DNA of 64,000 nt, from the NCBI GenBank assembly GCA_026004095.1, contig BPIL01000008.1:59268-123267 (forward strand). Direction: 5' to 3'. This stretch comes from Meiothermus sp. (GTDB lineage: Bacteria > Deinococcota > Deinococci > Deinococcales > Thermaceae). Below, in pieces: positions 32,723-43,099 of the stretch. The position numbers were made by a program, and so were the translations under genes. Below the pieces are notes generated by a model. That model had not been told where the DNA came from and did no database searches. It was given only the letters and a program-made list of their open reading frames with translations. Each line of letters begins with the position of its first letter. Positions within the stretch are counted from its first letter, which is position 1.

Positions 32723-34252
32723 TCAGCGATCCCAGGTGCTCTTCTGCAACCCCAGCAGCAAAACCGTGCACAGCACCATCAGCACCACCGCCAGCACCAC
32801 CGCCTCGTAAAAGGGGGTGGCCCCAGGCCGGCCCAGGCGCTCGTAGATGGCCAGGGACAGGGTGGCCCACTCCGGGCGCTGTAGGGTGAGGGTGGCCCCA
32901 AACTCCCCCAGGATGGCCGCCAGGGCCAGGGCCAGCCCGGCTATCGTCGAGGGTCGAACCAGGGGCCACTCCACCCGTATAAACCGCCGCCAGGGCGGGG
33001 CCCCCAGCACCCGCGCGGCCTCGAGCACCCCCCGGGGCAGCCCCTGCAAGGCCGGCAGCAGGGTGCGGGTGAGCAAGGGGTAGCTGAGCAGGATGTAAGC
33101 CCCTATCAAAAGCCAGATGGAGCCCCTAAGCCCGGGGTAGACCAGCAGGTAGCCCAGGCCCAGGGCCACCGGTGAGACCATCAGGGGCAGCAGGCCCAGC
33201 CCGTCCAGCCAGCGGGCCCCCCGCCAGACCGCATAGGCGTACAAGAGACCCATGGGCAACACCCCCAGCAGGGCCATTCCGGCAAAGACCAGGGTGTTTT
33301 GCAGGGCCAGCAGGCCTGGGGTGAAGTCGGGGTTGTGCCACACCGAGAGCCAGGCCCCAGGGCGCTCCAGCGCGCGCCATACCAGGGCCAGCAAGGGGCT
33401 ATACAGCAGCAAAAAAAAACCCGACACGCCCGTGCTCAGCAACAAGGCACGCCCCGGTGTGAGGGGTCGGGGAACTTCGGCGCCCTCGAGGCCCACTACC
33501 CATCCTGTCTGCAAGCGCAGGTACAGCCACAATACCAGCCCGGTCACCCCTAGCTGCATCAATACCAGTGCGCTGGCCTCGGGAAAGGCCAGGCGCTGGG
33601 CCAGGGCCTGGTAGGTAGCCACCTCGAGGGTGGCCCAGGCCGACCCCCCCAGCAGCAGGGGCACGCCAAAACTGGTAAAGCAGAACAAAAAAACCAGGCT
33701 TCCGCTGGAGAGCAAAGCCGGGGCCAGCAGGGGAACTCCCACCCGCAGGTAGGCCCTCAAGGGGCTGGCCCCCAGGGTGCGGGCCGCTTGCATGGGGGTG
33801 CTCAGCCTGGGCAGCAGGGCCACCAGGGGGCGCAGCACCAGGCCCAGGTTATAGAGCAGGCTGGCCCAGAACAAAATCCAGGGCGTGCCGTAGAGGTTAA
33901 CCCCCAGCAGCCCTCGAGGGCCCACCAGACTCAAAAAACCCATCGCCACCACCAGGGTGGGCAGCACAAAGGGCACCACCGAAAAAGCCAGCCAGAAGTC
34001 CCGGCCCGGGAAGCGGTAGCGAAAAGCGTAGGCCAGGGGCAGGGCCGCCAGGGCACACAACAGCGAGGAACCCAGGCCATAGGCCAGACTCCAGAGCAGC
34101 CTCGAGCGGTAGTAGGGGTCAACCAGCGTGGGTGCAAAACCCTCACCCAGACCCAGGGCCACAATGCGCCCCAAAGGGTACAGCAGAGCCAGGGCCAGGA
34201 ACACCAGCACCGGCAGGGCCAGCCAGGAGGCGGCGCGGGAGGCCTTTGCCAT
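32723..34252 (-). CDS. thiP: Thiamine ABC transporter permease
   Basis: Duplicated permease with two AARxLGA (EAA-type) loops; follows thiB under the TPP riboswitch. Confidence 0.88.
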   Translation of the reverse strand: MAKASRAASWLALPVLVFLALALLYPLGRIVALGLGEGFAPTLVDPYYRSRLLWSLAYGLGSSLLCALAALPLAYAFRYRFPGRDFWLAFSVVPFVLPTLVVAMGFLSLVGPRGLLGVNLYGTPWILFWASLLYNLGLVLRPLVALLPRLSTPMQAARTLGASPLRAYLRVGVPLLAPALLSSGSLVFLFCFTSFGVPLLLGGSAWATLEVATYQALAQRLAFPEASALVLMQLGVTGLVLWLYLRLQTGWVVGLEGAEVPRPLTPGRALLLSTGVSGFFLLLYSPLLALVWRALERPGAWLSVWHNPDFTPGLLALQNTLVFAGMALLGVLPMGLLYAYAVWRGARWLDGLGLLPLMVSPVALGLGYLLVYPGLRGSIWLLIGAYILLSYPLLTRTLLPALQGLPRGVLEAARVLGAPPWRRFIRVEWPLVRPSTIAGLALALAAILGEFGATLTLQRPEWATLSLAIYERLGRPGATPFYEAVVLAVVLMVLCTVLLLGLQKSTWDR

Positions 34253-34265
34253 ACCCGCAGCCAAC

Positions 34266-35345
34266 CTAACGCCGCGCCTTTACCGCCTGTGCCGTCTGCC
34301 CTTGCACCACCACCTGCGTCCACTCACGAATCCAGCGCTCGCGGTTGTTTGCGATCTGCTGAGGCGTCAGGCGGGCTGGCTCAGGGGGCACCTGGGCAAA
34401 GCGGAAGACCTCCGGCAGCCTGGCATCCCGCCGCGCCGGATAAACCCACATCTGGGTGGGGATGTTCTCTTGTGCGGGCTTAGAAACCAGCCAGTCCACA
34501 AAACGCTGGGCCGCCCGCAGGTTGCGCGTACCCTTCAAAATGCCCACATACTCCACCTGGAAAAACGAGCTACGGGGCAGGAAGAGGTTGGCTGTGGGGG
34601 GTTCGGTGGGCTTGGGCTGGGCCTCGCTGTAGTACAGTTCGGCGGCCGGGCTGGTGCTATACGAGACCACCAGCGGGCGGTCGCCGCCGGCCCGGGTGAA
34701 GTGGGTGTAATAGGCCTCGCTCCAGCCGCTCACCACCCGCACCCCGTTCTTGCGCAGGTTTTCCCAGAAGTCCAGGTAGCCATCCTCCCCAAAAGCCGCC
34801 ACGGTGGCCAGCAGGAAAGCCAGCCCCGGCGAGCTGGTAGCCGGGTTCTGCACCACCAACAGCCCGGCAAATTCCGGCAATGCCAGGTCGGCAAAGCGCT
34901 GGGGCAGGGGCTTGTCCTTGAAGAAATCCCGGTCGTAGTTAAGGGCCACATAGCCAAAGTCCACCGGCGTGGCCCGGAAGGTCTGGTCGATGATCAGCTC
35001 GGGGCGCAGGTTGGGCAGCTCGGGTGAGCGGTAGGGCTGTAAAATATCGGCCTGCAACGCGCGCGAGAGCATGGTGTTGTCGAAGCCGTAGATCACATCG
35101 GCGATGGGGGCGCTTTTGCTCAGAATGGCCTTGTTGAGCATCTCGCCGGCATCGCCGCCTTTCAGAAAGCGAACCCGGATGCCGCTCTCCCGCTCGAAGC
35201 GAGCGATCAGGTTCTTGTCGAGGCTCCAGCTATCGTGGGTCAGGACGGTCAGGGTGGTTTGCTGCGCCCACGCAGGGCATAACACCAGCAGCATCCACAG
35301 CACACCCAGCCAAGCCAACCATCCAACTTTCGGGGTTCTTTGCAT
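34266..35345 (-). CDS. thiB: Thiamine ABC transporter substrate-binding protein
   Basis: LTVLTHDS, TSSPGLAFL, GWSEAY, VVSYSTSP. Confidence 0.93.
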   Translation of the reverse strand: MQRTPKVGWLAWLGVLWMLLVLCPAWAQQTTLTVLTHDSWSLDKNLIARFERESGIRVRFLKGGDAGEMLNKAILSKSAPIADVIYGFDNTMLSRALQADILQPYRSPELPNLRPELIIDQTFRATPVDFGYVALNYDRDFFKDKPLPQRFADLALPEFAGLLVVQNPATSSPGLAFLLATVAAFGEDGYLDFWENLRKNGVRVVSGWSEAYYTHFTRAGGDRPLVVSYSTSPAAELYYSEAQPKPTEPPTANLFLPRSSFFQVEYVGILKGTRNLRAAQRFVDWLVSKPAQENIPTQMWVYPARRDARLPEVFRFAQVPPEPARLTPQQIANNRERWIREWTQVVVQGQTAQAVKARR

Positions 35346-35378
35346 AAAAAAATCCCTCCATGTCATCGGGAGGGCTCC

Positions 35379-35464
35379 GCGTCATGCTCCCTACGGCGGT
35401 ACAAACCGCATCAGGTTCAAAGGGTGTTTCTCAGCCTGGACAGCCCAGGCACCCCCGATGACGC
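35379..35464 (-). ncRNA. TPP riboswitch
   Basis: Minus strand GGGGTGCC...GCTGAGA..ACCCTTTGAACCTGAT..GGT..TACCG.CGTAGGGA consensus upstream of thiB. Confidence 0.95.
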
Positions 35465-35501
35465 CCGGATAATACGGCTTACAGCCCCAGATGTACAGCG
35501 T

Positions 35502-36329
35502 TTAGCTTACGGTCTCGGTGGCCACCACCCAGAAATTCGGGTACTTGCTTCGCAAAACCCCTGCCAGGTGTGCGGCCTCGTCGGCCTCACGGGCCAGACC
35601 AAACAGGGTAGAACCTGAGCCCGACATCAGCACGCCCCTCAGCCCCAGGCGGTACAGCTCTTGTTTGAGGGCCTCGAGGTAGGGGTGCAGGCGAAATACG
35701 GAGCGCTCGAGCGTATTCCAGTAAGGGGGCTCCTCCCCCACCTGTATGGCTTCCACCACCCCCGCCACATCCAGTTCGGGCTGCCACATCTCGGGTGTAA
35801 GGCCTTTGTAGGCCTCAGCCGCCGAAACCGCAATACCCGGGTTGACCAGCACCAGTGCAGCCTGGACTGGCGGCAGGGGGGTCAGTCGTTCACCCACCCC
35901 CCGCCCTTCGGCCAGGCCCGGCCCCAGGAAAAAGGGCACATCGGCCCCTAGCCCGAGGGCCAGCCTCGGCAGCTCGAGGGCGGATGGGTAGAGCTGGGAT
36001 AAAGCCCGCAGCACCGCCGCCGCATCGGAGGAACCCCCACCCAGCCCCGCGGCCAGGGGCAGGTTCTTTTCCAGTACCACCCGCACCCCGCCGGGCCAGC
36101 CAGCAGCCGTCAGGTAAGCCTGCGCCGCCTTGTATACCAGGTTGTTGGTATCAGCGGGCAGGCCCCAGCCCCGCACCTCCAGCTCAATTCCCCTGGGAAT
36201 GGCCTCCACCCAGAGCCGGTCGCCCACCCGCAGGGCCGCAAACAGGGTGTGCAGTTCGTGGTAGCCGTCGGGTCGGCGGCCCAGCACCGAAAGACCCAGG
36301 TTCACCTTGGCCGGGGCTAACAGTTCCAT
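35502..36329 (-). CDS. ispE: 4-diphosphocytidyl-2-C-methyl-D-erythritol kinase
   Basis: APAKVNL, DGYHEL, AGLGGGSSDAA, MSGSGS. Confidence 0.96.
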   Translation of the reverse strand: MELLAPAKVNLGLSVLGRRPDGYHELHTLFAALRVGDRLWVEAIPRGIELEVRGWGLPADTNNLVYKAAQAYLTAAGWPGGVRVVLEKNLPLAAGLGGGSSDAAAVLRALSQLYPSALELPRLALGLGADVPFFLGPGLAEGRGVGERLTPLPPVQAALVLVNPGIAVSAAEAYKGLTPEMWQPELDVAGVVEAIQVGEEPPYWNTLERSVFRLHPYLEALKQELYRLGLRGVLMSGSGSTLFGLAREADEAAHLAGVLRSKYPNFWVVATETVS

Positions 36330-36949
36330 ACCTGCGCCAGCCCTTCTGCCAGAATCAGGTCTTCGGGATAGGTCACCTTGAACATCCGACGGTCGCCCTC
36401 CACCAGCGCCACCGGGTGACCCAACCAGCGAACTAGCTGTGCATCGTCGGTGAATTCAGTCCCCGCGGCCTGGGCCTGCTGATGGGCCTGCCACAGCAGC
36501 TCGCGGCGAAAGCCCTGGGGGGTCTGCACCAACCGGTGGTGTTCGCGCGCGATCACCTCGCCGTATTGCCGATCTTCCTCCCGCACCAAGGTATCGGGCA
36601 CCGGTACCACCAGGGTGGCCGCACCTGTGGCCCGAACAGCCTCCAGCAGCCGTTCTACCGCCGGGCGCACCACAAAAGGCCGGGCCACATCGTGCACCAG
36701 CACCACCTCACCACTGGCCGCCTGCACCAGATTAAACACGCTCTGCTGGCGGGTCTGGCCGCCCGGAACGGTTTTCAGGCCATCCACCCGAAAACCCGGC
36801 GGGAGGGCCACCACCACCTCGTCGGCCCAGGCAAAGCCCTCGAGGGCCCAGTCCAGCAGGGTTTTCCCACCCACCCGCAAAAAAGCCTTGGGCCCCCGCC
36901 CGATTCGTTCGCCTGAACCGGCCGCTGGCAACAGCACCGAAACCTTCAT
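36317..36949 (-). CDS. ispD: 2-C-methyl-D-erythritol 4-phosphate cytidylyltransferase
   Basis: PAAGSGER, GGQTRQQSV, VHDVARPF, QTPQGF, KVTYPEDL. Confidence 0.95.
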   Translation of the reverse strand: MKVSVLLPAAGSGERIGRGPKAFLRVGGKTLLDWALEGFAWADEVVVALPPGFRVDGLKTVPGGQTRQQSVFNLVQAASGEVVLVHDVARPFVVRPAVERLLEAVRATGAATLVVPVPDTLVREEDRQYGEVIAREHHRLVQTPQGFRRELLWQAHQQAQAAGTEFTDDAQLVRWLGHPVALVEGDRRMFKVTYPEDLILAEGLAQVWNC

Positions 36950-37024
36950 GCTGGGAATCGTACCCCAAAAAATAGCCACCTCTCTGTCTGCCGGGCTTCA
37001 TCTAGGCGTGATATCCTCTTGGGC

Positions 37025-37801
37025 GTGACCATTTTTGAAGCGCTCATCCTGGGCATTCTGGAGGGTTTAACCGAGTTCCTGCCCATCTCTTCCACCGGCC
37101 ACCTCACCCTGGCCGCCCACCTGCTCCAGCTCGATATCGAAAACGACCCTTTTATCAAAAGTTTCGTCGTGGTCATCCAACTCGGGGCCATTCTGGCCGT
37201 TTTGGCCTTGTACTTCAAGCGCTTCTTACAGGACATGCAGGTCTGGAAGCGCATTATCGTAGCCTTCATCCCCACCGGCATCCTGGGCTTCGCACTGGCC
37301 GATGTGATCGAAAACGTCTTTTTAGGCAACGACCTGATTGTGGTGATCAATCTGATCGGTGTGGGCGTTCTTTTGCTGTTTGTGGATCGCTGGTTGCAGT
37401 CCCACAAGCGCTACGACGATGTCAACCAGCTACCGGCACCTTACGCCGCGCTGATTGGCCTGTTTCAGGCTATTGCCATGATGCCAGGGGTCTCGCGTAG
37501 CGGGGCTACCATCGTGGGGGGTATGGCCCTGGGGCTATCCCGTCGGGCCGCCGCCGAGTTTTCCTTCATTCTGGCCGTGCCCACCATGCTCTCGGCCACC
37601 GGGTTCTCCCTGCTGCGCCACATGGACGAGTTCCGCGCCGATAGCTGGGGACTGCTGGCGGTGGGCTTTCTGGCCGCTTTTGTATCGGCTTTGCTAACGG
37701 TGCGCTGGCTTCTGGCTTTCGTGAGCCGCAACAGTTTCGTACCCTTCGCCATCTACCGCATTCTGATCGGGGTGGTGTACGGGGTGTTTTTCCTGCGCTA
37801 G
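37025..37801 (+). CDS. uppP: Undecaprenyl-diphosphate phosphatase
   Basis: EGLTEFLPISSTGH, PGVSRSGAT. Confidence 0.96.
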   Translation: MTIFEALILGILEGLTEFLPISSTGHLTLAAHLLQLDIENDPFIKSFVVVIQLGAILAVLALYFKRFLQDMQVWKRIIVAFIPTGILGFALADVIENVFLGNDLIVVINLIGVGVLLLFVDRWLQSHKRYDDVNQLPAPYAALIGLFQAIAMMPGVSRSGATIVGGMALGLSRRAAAEFSFILAVPTMLSATGFSLLRHMDEFRADSWGLLAVGFLAAFVSALLTVRWLLAFVSRNSFVPFAIYRILIGVVYGVFFLR

Positions 37802-38388
37802 TCGAGCTCGAGCTCCCTTAGCTCGCCCCAGCGCGGCGCCCTGGAGTACTCAAGACCAAACAGATCCAGGATGCGCTGGGTCATGAAAGCCAGCAGATCA
37901 TCGATGGTTTTGGGCTTGTGGTAAAACCCAGGGGCCGCTGGCAGAATGGTAGCCCCGGCCTGGGCCGCTCTGACCATGGCCTCGAGGCTTGGCAAAGGCA
38001 GCGGGGCCTCGCGCGGCACCAGCACCAGGGGGCGGCGCTCCTTGAGGGTCACGTAGGCCGCCCGGGTCAAGAGGTTGTCGGCCAGACCGTAGGCCACCTT
38101 GGCCAGGGTGGTCGCACTGCACGGCACAATCACCATACCCAGGGTACGAAAGCTCCCCGAGGCGATGGAGGCCCCCAGGTCGCTGCTGCGGTGCACCACG
38201 TGGGCCAGGGCCTCCACAGCCTCGAGGCCCAGCCCCACCTCCTCCGCCAGCACCCGCTTGGCCCCCTGGCTCATCACCAGGTGGACTTCCAGCCCTCCCA
38301 CCCGTCGCAGGGTTTGCAGCAGATCCAGGGCGTAGGGCATCCCCGAGGCGCCCGAAAGCCCCACCACCAGTCGCTTGGGTACACTCAT
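37798..38388 (-). CDS. ubiX: Flavin prenyltransferase
   Basis: GLSGASG, ASIASGS, NLLTRAA..TLKERR, PREAP, PGFYH. Confidence 0.93.
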   Translation of the reverse strand: MSVPKRLVVGLSGASGMPYALDLLQTLRRVGGLEVHLVMSQGAKRVLAEEVGLGLEAVEALAHVVHRSSDLGASIASGSFRTLGMVIVPCSATTLAKVAYGLADNLLTRAAYVTLKERRPLVLVPREAPLPLPSLEAMVRAAQAGATILPAAPGFYHKPKTIDDLLAFMTQRILDLFGLEYSRAPRWGELRELELD

Positions 38389-38479
38389 GCGCCAAGTGTA
38401 CAGGCAAGCCTGTGCGGCGAATGCAACCCTGGGTGAAAACCGGCTTGCCCGCCAGGCCGGCGATCACCGGGTTTGCGCC

Positions 38480-39856
38480 CTAGTCTTCCTCCGGCGGCTG
38501 CCAGGGCATTCCGCTGAAGAACTCCCGCACCAGCCGGCCCACCAGCCCCCCCAGGGCCAGCAGGGCCACCAGGTTGGGGATCGCCATCAAGCCGTTGAGG
38601 GTGTCGGCCACACTGGTCAGGGCCGCCAGACCCCCCATCGGCCCCACAAATGCAAACGTTACAAAGGTCAGGCGGTAAGGCCAGCGGATGCCCTCACCAA
38701 ACAGATAGGCCGCACCTTCCTCGCCGTAAAACCCCCAGGAAACCATGGTTCCCAGGGCAAAAACCGCCAGCATCAGGCCCAGCATAGCCACCCCCAGCGG
38801 GTGCTCGGCGAACAGGGCGCGGGCCGCCTCCACCCGGTCGCCGCCCAAAAAGCGCTGCCAGAGCCCGCTGGCGATAAAGGTCAGGGCCATCAGGGTGGTC
38901 ACGGTCAGGCTCAGGAGCATCTCGGTTAAGCCCCAGAAACCCTGCCGCACCGGGTGATCGACCTGGGCCTGCGCGTGGGCAATGGCGGCCGAACCCAGGC
39001 CCGCTTCATTGGCAAAGATGCCCCGTCCCACCCCCGCCTTCAAAATTTCAGCCAGCCCCAGCGAGACCGCTGCCCCCGCAGCCCCTCCGGCGGCCGCCTG
39101 AAAGCTCAACGCCGAGGAAACCACCAGCGCCAGGGCCGTGGGCAGGCCCTCGAGGTGGATGAAGATCAGGGGTAAAACCGCCAGTAAGAACAGCGCCAGC
39201 TTGAGGGGCACCACCATCTGGGCAAAGCGCGCCACCGAGCGGATGCCGCCAGCCAGCAGGATTCCTACCAGCAAGGCCACCAGCAGGCCGGTAACCGCTG
39301 GCGGCACATTGAATTCCTGCGCCAGGGCTGCCCCCACCGCCCCGGCCTGGGAAAGGTTACCAATCCCAAAGGCGGCAATAGCAGTAAAGAGGGCAAACAA
39401 AGCCGCCAGCCAGGCCATCCGTCGGCCCAGGCCATAGCGGATATACACCATGGGGCCACCCAGCACCGAGCCATCGGTGTACTGGCGGCGAAAGTGCACT
39501 GCCAGAACCGCCTCGGAAAACTTGGTTGCCATACCCACCAGGTAGGCCACCCACATCCACAGCACCGCACCAGGGCCCCCCAGCACCACCGCCCCCACCA
39601 TGCCGATGATGTGCCCGGTTCCGATGGTGGCCGACATAGCCACCATCGCGGCCTGGAAGGGTGTAATCTGGCCGCCAAAGCTCAGGAAGCGCTCCCGGAT
39701 GGCCCCCAGCGTCTCACGGAGCGCCACCCCCAGCCGGCTCAACTGCGGAAAGCCGGTGCGCAAGGAGAGGTATAGCCCCACCAGGATGAACACCAGCATC
39801 ATCCATTCGCCATAAACCGCTCGATTAACGTAGTCGTTAAGCGTGAGTATATCCAT
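38480..39856 (-). CDS. Alanine/glycine:cation symporter (AGCS family)
   Basis: ATIGTG, GGPGAVLWMW, GGPMVY, ANEAGLGS, NGLMAIPN. Confidence 0.93.
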   Translation of the reverse strand: MDILTLNDYVNRAVYGEWMMLVFILVGLYLSLRTGFPQLSRLGVALRETLGAIRERFLSFGGQITPFQAAMVAMSATIGTGHIIGMVGAVVLGGPGAVLWMWVAYLVGMATKFSEAVLAVHFRRQYTDGSVLGGPMVYIRYGLGRRMAWLAALFALFTAIAAFGIGNLSQAGAVGAALAQEFNVPPAVTGLLVALLVGILLAGGIRSVARFAQMVVPLKLALFLLAVLPLIFIHLEGLPTALALVVSSALSFQAAAGGAAGAAVSLGLAEILKAGVGRGIFANEAGLGSAAIAHAQAQVDHPVRQGFWGLTEMLLSLTVTTLMALTFIASGLWQRFLGGDRVEAARALFAEHPLGVAMLGLMLAVFALGTMVSWGFYGEEGAAYLFGEGIRWPYRLTFVTFAFVGPMGGLAALTSVADTLNGLMAIPNLVALLALGGLVGRLVREFFSGMPWQPPEED

Positions 39857-39870
39857 AGGCTGCCTTTGTT

Positions 39871-40656
39871 CTACCTGACCTCCGGCCAGACTTTCACCGA
39901 TACACCCCGGCTGAGGCGCAGTTGACGCAGATCACGCTCGAACAACCCGACCCGGCCTTGCATGTTAATGCGGGGCTCCGGGCGCAGGGTGGCCTCCTGG
40001 TTCTTGGTGCGCAAGCGCACCATAAAGCCCCCACCTACCAGGCCTTGCCAGCGCACAAACAGTTCCTCGTCGATGGCAGCCACCCCCTGCCCCCCACCAT
40101 ACAAAGTGAGCACCACCAAAGGCTCCGGCTCGATTGTGAGGTGGTTCCGGGCCTCGAGCAAGCCCATCCGCAATAGCTTGCTAAGCACCTGGGCAGTCTC
40201 GAGGGGCGAAAGCCGTCCGCTCATCAAGGCCTGGGCCAGACTCTTCCCCTGTACCTGGGCCAAAACACTGGCCTCGAGGGGGCTGAGCTGGGTTGGCCCT
40301 TGAATCGAGCCAGCCTGAAGCGTTAGTGTCCAGTTATCGGGCAGCTTAATCTCGTTCCAGGCCTCAAACTGGTGCACGATGAGCTGGTGAGTCTCGAGAC
40401 CCGGCTCAATGCTGCGTTCACGGGTATTCGGCTCAGAATCGAAGCGAAACGGCGCCGATTTGAGGCCAGCCAGAAGCTCCAGGGCCTCTAAACCCCGCAG
40501 CCCACCGGCCTCGGCGTGTATGGGATGCCCACCTTCAAGGTAAATACTGCCCACAAAACTGGGGTGCTCGATGCGTAAAACCCCACCCCTGGCCGCCCCC
40601 ATCAGGGTCTCCAAGAGCCGCAAAAGGGGGAACTCTGCCAGGTTTCCACTTAGCAC
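39871..40656 (-). CDS. DUF4388 (PatA-N-like) domain protein
   Basis: GNLAEFPLLRLLETL...GVLRI...IYLEGG.PIHA...G.EAL. Confidence 0.8.
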   Translation of the reverse strand: MLSGNLAEFPLLRLLETLMGAARGGVLRIEHPSFVGSIYLEGGHPIHAEAGGLRGLEALELLAGLKSAPFRFDSEPNTRERSIEPGLETHQLIVHQFEAWNEIKLPDNWTLTLQAGSIQGPTQLSPLEASVLAQVQGKSLAQALMSGRLSPLETAQVLSKLLRMGLLEARNHLTIEPEPLVVLTLYGGGQGVAAIDEELFVRWQGLVGGGFMVRLRTKNQEATLRPEPRINMQGRVGLFERDLRQLRLSRGVSVKVWPEVR

Positions 40657-40806
40657 CTTCCGGCCTCCTGTAGCTACAAAAACCGCCCGCGGTCGTACAA
40701 CAAGCCTATTCTACACAGGAAGCCGCCAGGGGTTTGGTGCAAACCCCGATCGGCCCAGCCACACTTAGCAGGAATTCACCCACCCACAGCCCACAGCCGA
40801 TACACT

Positions 40807-41673
40807 ATGGTCGTGTACGCCCTTTCCCAGGCCCTGCGATCGCTGCGCCAGCACCTAACCAGCACCCTAGCCACCTTCTTTACCGCCCTGGTATCGTTTT
40901 CGCTCCTGTTCTTGTTGGGTTTGTTACTGTGGAACCTGGATCGGGTGGTGGCCTCGCTCGAGCGCGAGCTGGAGGTGGCTGCCTTTCTCAAACCCGAGGC
41001 TCGGGTGGATGCGCTGCTCGAGCAGATCAAAACCTGGCCGGAGGTCGCCGAGGCCCGGCTGCAAACTAAAGAAGAAGCCCTCGCCACCTTGCAGTTGGAT
41101 TACCCCTACCTGGCCCAGGCCCGCGAGTTTATCCAAAACCCTCTTCCCGACACAATTCGCATCAAATTAAACGACGCCCAGGCGGTGCGCGAGGTGGGGC
41201 GCAGGGTGGCCCGCCTGGACGGTGTCGATAGCGTGGAGTACGGCGGTGCGCTCACCGAGCAGTTGGTTCGCGTGCTGGCGGGCTTGCGGGTAGCGGTCAA
41301 TATATTGGTGGTTTTACTGTTGCTGGATACGCTTTTTAGCGTAATGGGCACCATTCGGCTATCCATCGAGAACCGCCGCGAGGAGCTGCGGGTCATGCAG
41401 TTGGTGGGGGCCACCCGCCGCTTCATCCAGGGGCCCTTTGTGGCCGAAGGAACCCTCCTAACCCTGGCCGCCGGCCTGGTGGCGTTGGGACTGGGAACGG
41501 TTTCTTATCGCTTTTTGGCAGAGGCCCTGCAAAACCTGCTGCCCTTTGTACCCGTGCTGGCCGATAGCGACCTGGCTCGAGCCGCCTTGGCCATGCTGGT
41601 ACTGGCGGTATTGCTGGGGGCCACCGGGGCCTATCTGGCCAGCCGGGCCCACCTGCGGGAGACCGATCTATGA
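40807..41673 (+). CDS. ftsX: Cell division permease FtsX
   Basis: NPLPD, TIRLSIENRREELRVMQLVGAT..FIQGPF. Confidence 0.92.
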   Translation: MVVYALSQALRSLRQHLTSTLATFFTALVSFSLLFLLGLLLWNLDRVVASLERELEVAAFLKPEARVDALLEQIKTWPEVAEARLQTKEEALATLQLDYPYLAQAREFIQNPLPDTIRIKLNDAQAVREVGRRVARLDGVDSVEYGGALTEQLVRVLAGLRVAVNILVVLLLLDTLFSVMGTIRLSIENRREELRVMQLVGATRRFIQGPFVAEGTLLTLAAGLVALGLGTVSYRFLAEALQNLLPFVPVLADSDLARAALAMLVLAVLLGATGAYLASRAHLRETDL

Positions 41674-42986
41674 GGCAAGCCCAAAGCCCGTACCCAACCA
41701 GATCGCTGGCCCTGTGCTCTGGGGGTATCGCCACAATCCTGTGGCTTGCAGGTATTTTGCTAATGCTTCAACCCTGGGCGCTGGGACAAACCACCCTCAG
41801 CCAGCTACAGCAGCAGGCCGAACAAAACCGGCGGCTCCTTCAGATACAGCAACAGCGCATCGAACAGCTCAACCGCGACCTGGCCAACCTTGATGCGGCC
41901 ACCAAGCGGCAAATCCAGGAATTGCGCCGTCTAGAGGCCGAGATAACCCGTCTCGAGCGCGAACGAGCCGAGCTTACCCGCCAGATCAGCCTGCTGGAAA
42001 GCCAAAAGCAGCAAGCCGAGGCCCGCATAGCCAGCCTACAAAAGGAGCTCGAGGGGCTCCGCGAGCGGCTTTCGGCCTTATTGCAGAGCCTGCACCGTGA
42101 GCGGGCCGGGCGCTACCTGCCTCTCCTGCGGGCCGAATCTTTCACCGATTTATCGGTACGCAGCCGGTGGGTGGGGGTGCTGGGCCAGCACCAGACCGAC
42201 CTGATGGATCGCATCAAAACCACCGTGCAGCAGCTAGACGAAGAACGGGTGCGGCTCGAGCTGCTGGTCAATACCCTTAGCGAACGCCGGGCCGAACGGC
42301 AGCAGCGCATCACTGCCCTGGCCCAGAACCGACAGACCGTGCAGCTCACCCTCGCCAACCTGCGGCGGCAGCAGGCCGGGCGGCAGATTATTCTGCGCGA
42401 AACCCTGCAGGCCCAGGCTCAGCTACGGGCTGAGCTGCAGGTACTGCAAGGTCGTATTGCCGCTGAGCTACGCCGCATCGCCGAAGAACGCCGCCGCGCT
42501 GAGGAGGAGCGCCGCCGTCGGGAGGCCGAGGAACGCCGCCGCCGGGAGCTACAAGCCCAGCGGGAGCGAGAGGCTGCGCTGGTGCTTCCCTCGGTTCCAC
42601 GTGAGGTGGTGGGGGCGTTGCAATTCCCCGTCCGCGGTGGCCGTGTAGCCGAGCCCTACGGATTCCAGGGCAACGACTGGCAAACCCTTCAAGGAAGTGA
42701 GGCATCCAGTCCCATCGTAGCCGCCGCCGATGGTGTGGTGATTGATAGCCTGTTCATCGCCAACCTGGGTTACACCCTCACCATTCGCCACTCCGATCAG
42801 ATGGCCACCCAGTATGTAAATGTGCTCGAGCCCCGCGTCTCGGTAGGCCAACGGGTCGTCCAAGGCCAGGTGATTGGTTTTACCGGAGGGGGCGTGCTGA
42901 TCCCCAACAACCAGATGTGGTTCCGGGTGATTTTAATCGATAACGACGGCAGCTTTCGCTATGTAGACCCGTCTCGTTACTACTAG
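41670..42986 (+). CDS. EnvC-like murein hydrolase activator (coiled coil plus degenerate M23 domain)
   Basis: Long coiled coil; AAADGVV...VSVGQRVVQGQVIGFTG lacking Zn ligands; follows ftsX. Confidence 0.85.
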   Translation: MRQAQSPYPTRSLALCSGGIATILWLAGILLMLQPWALGQTTLSQLQQQAEQNRRLLQIQQQRIEQLNRDLANLDAATKRQIQELRRLEAEITRLERERAELTRQISLLESQKQQAEARIASLQKELEGLRERLSALLQSLHRERAGRYLPLLRAESFTDLSVRSRWVGVLGQHQTDLMDRIKTTVQQLDEERVRLELLVNTLSERRAERQQRITALAQNRQTVQLTLANLRRQQAGRQIILRETLQAQAQLRAELQVLQGRIAAELRRIAEERRRAEEERRRREAEERRRRELQAQREREAALVLPSVPREVVGALQFPVRGGRVAEPYGFQGNDWQTLQGSEASSPIVAAADGVVIDSLFIANLGYTLTIRHSDQMATQYVNVLEPRVSVGQRVVQGQVIGFTGGGVLIPNNQMWFRVILIDNDGSFRYVDPSRYY

Positions 42987-43099
42987 CCTGGTTTTTGCAT
43001 CTGCCCAGCACAAAGAAGAAGCCCCCTCTTGGTTCGCTCAAGACAAACCATCCCGCTGCCGCACGACCGCTCCAGCGGCTCAAGGCCCGCCTGCTTGCT

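Noticed and set aside
42600-42986. M23 domain lacking Zn ligands as a pseudogene
   Set aside because: Degenerate active sites are the norm for EnvC-type activators and the ORF is intact
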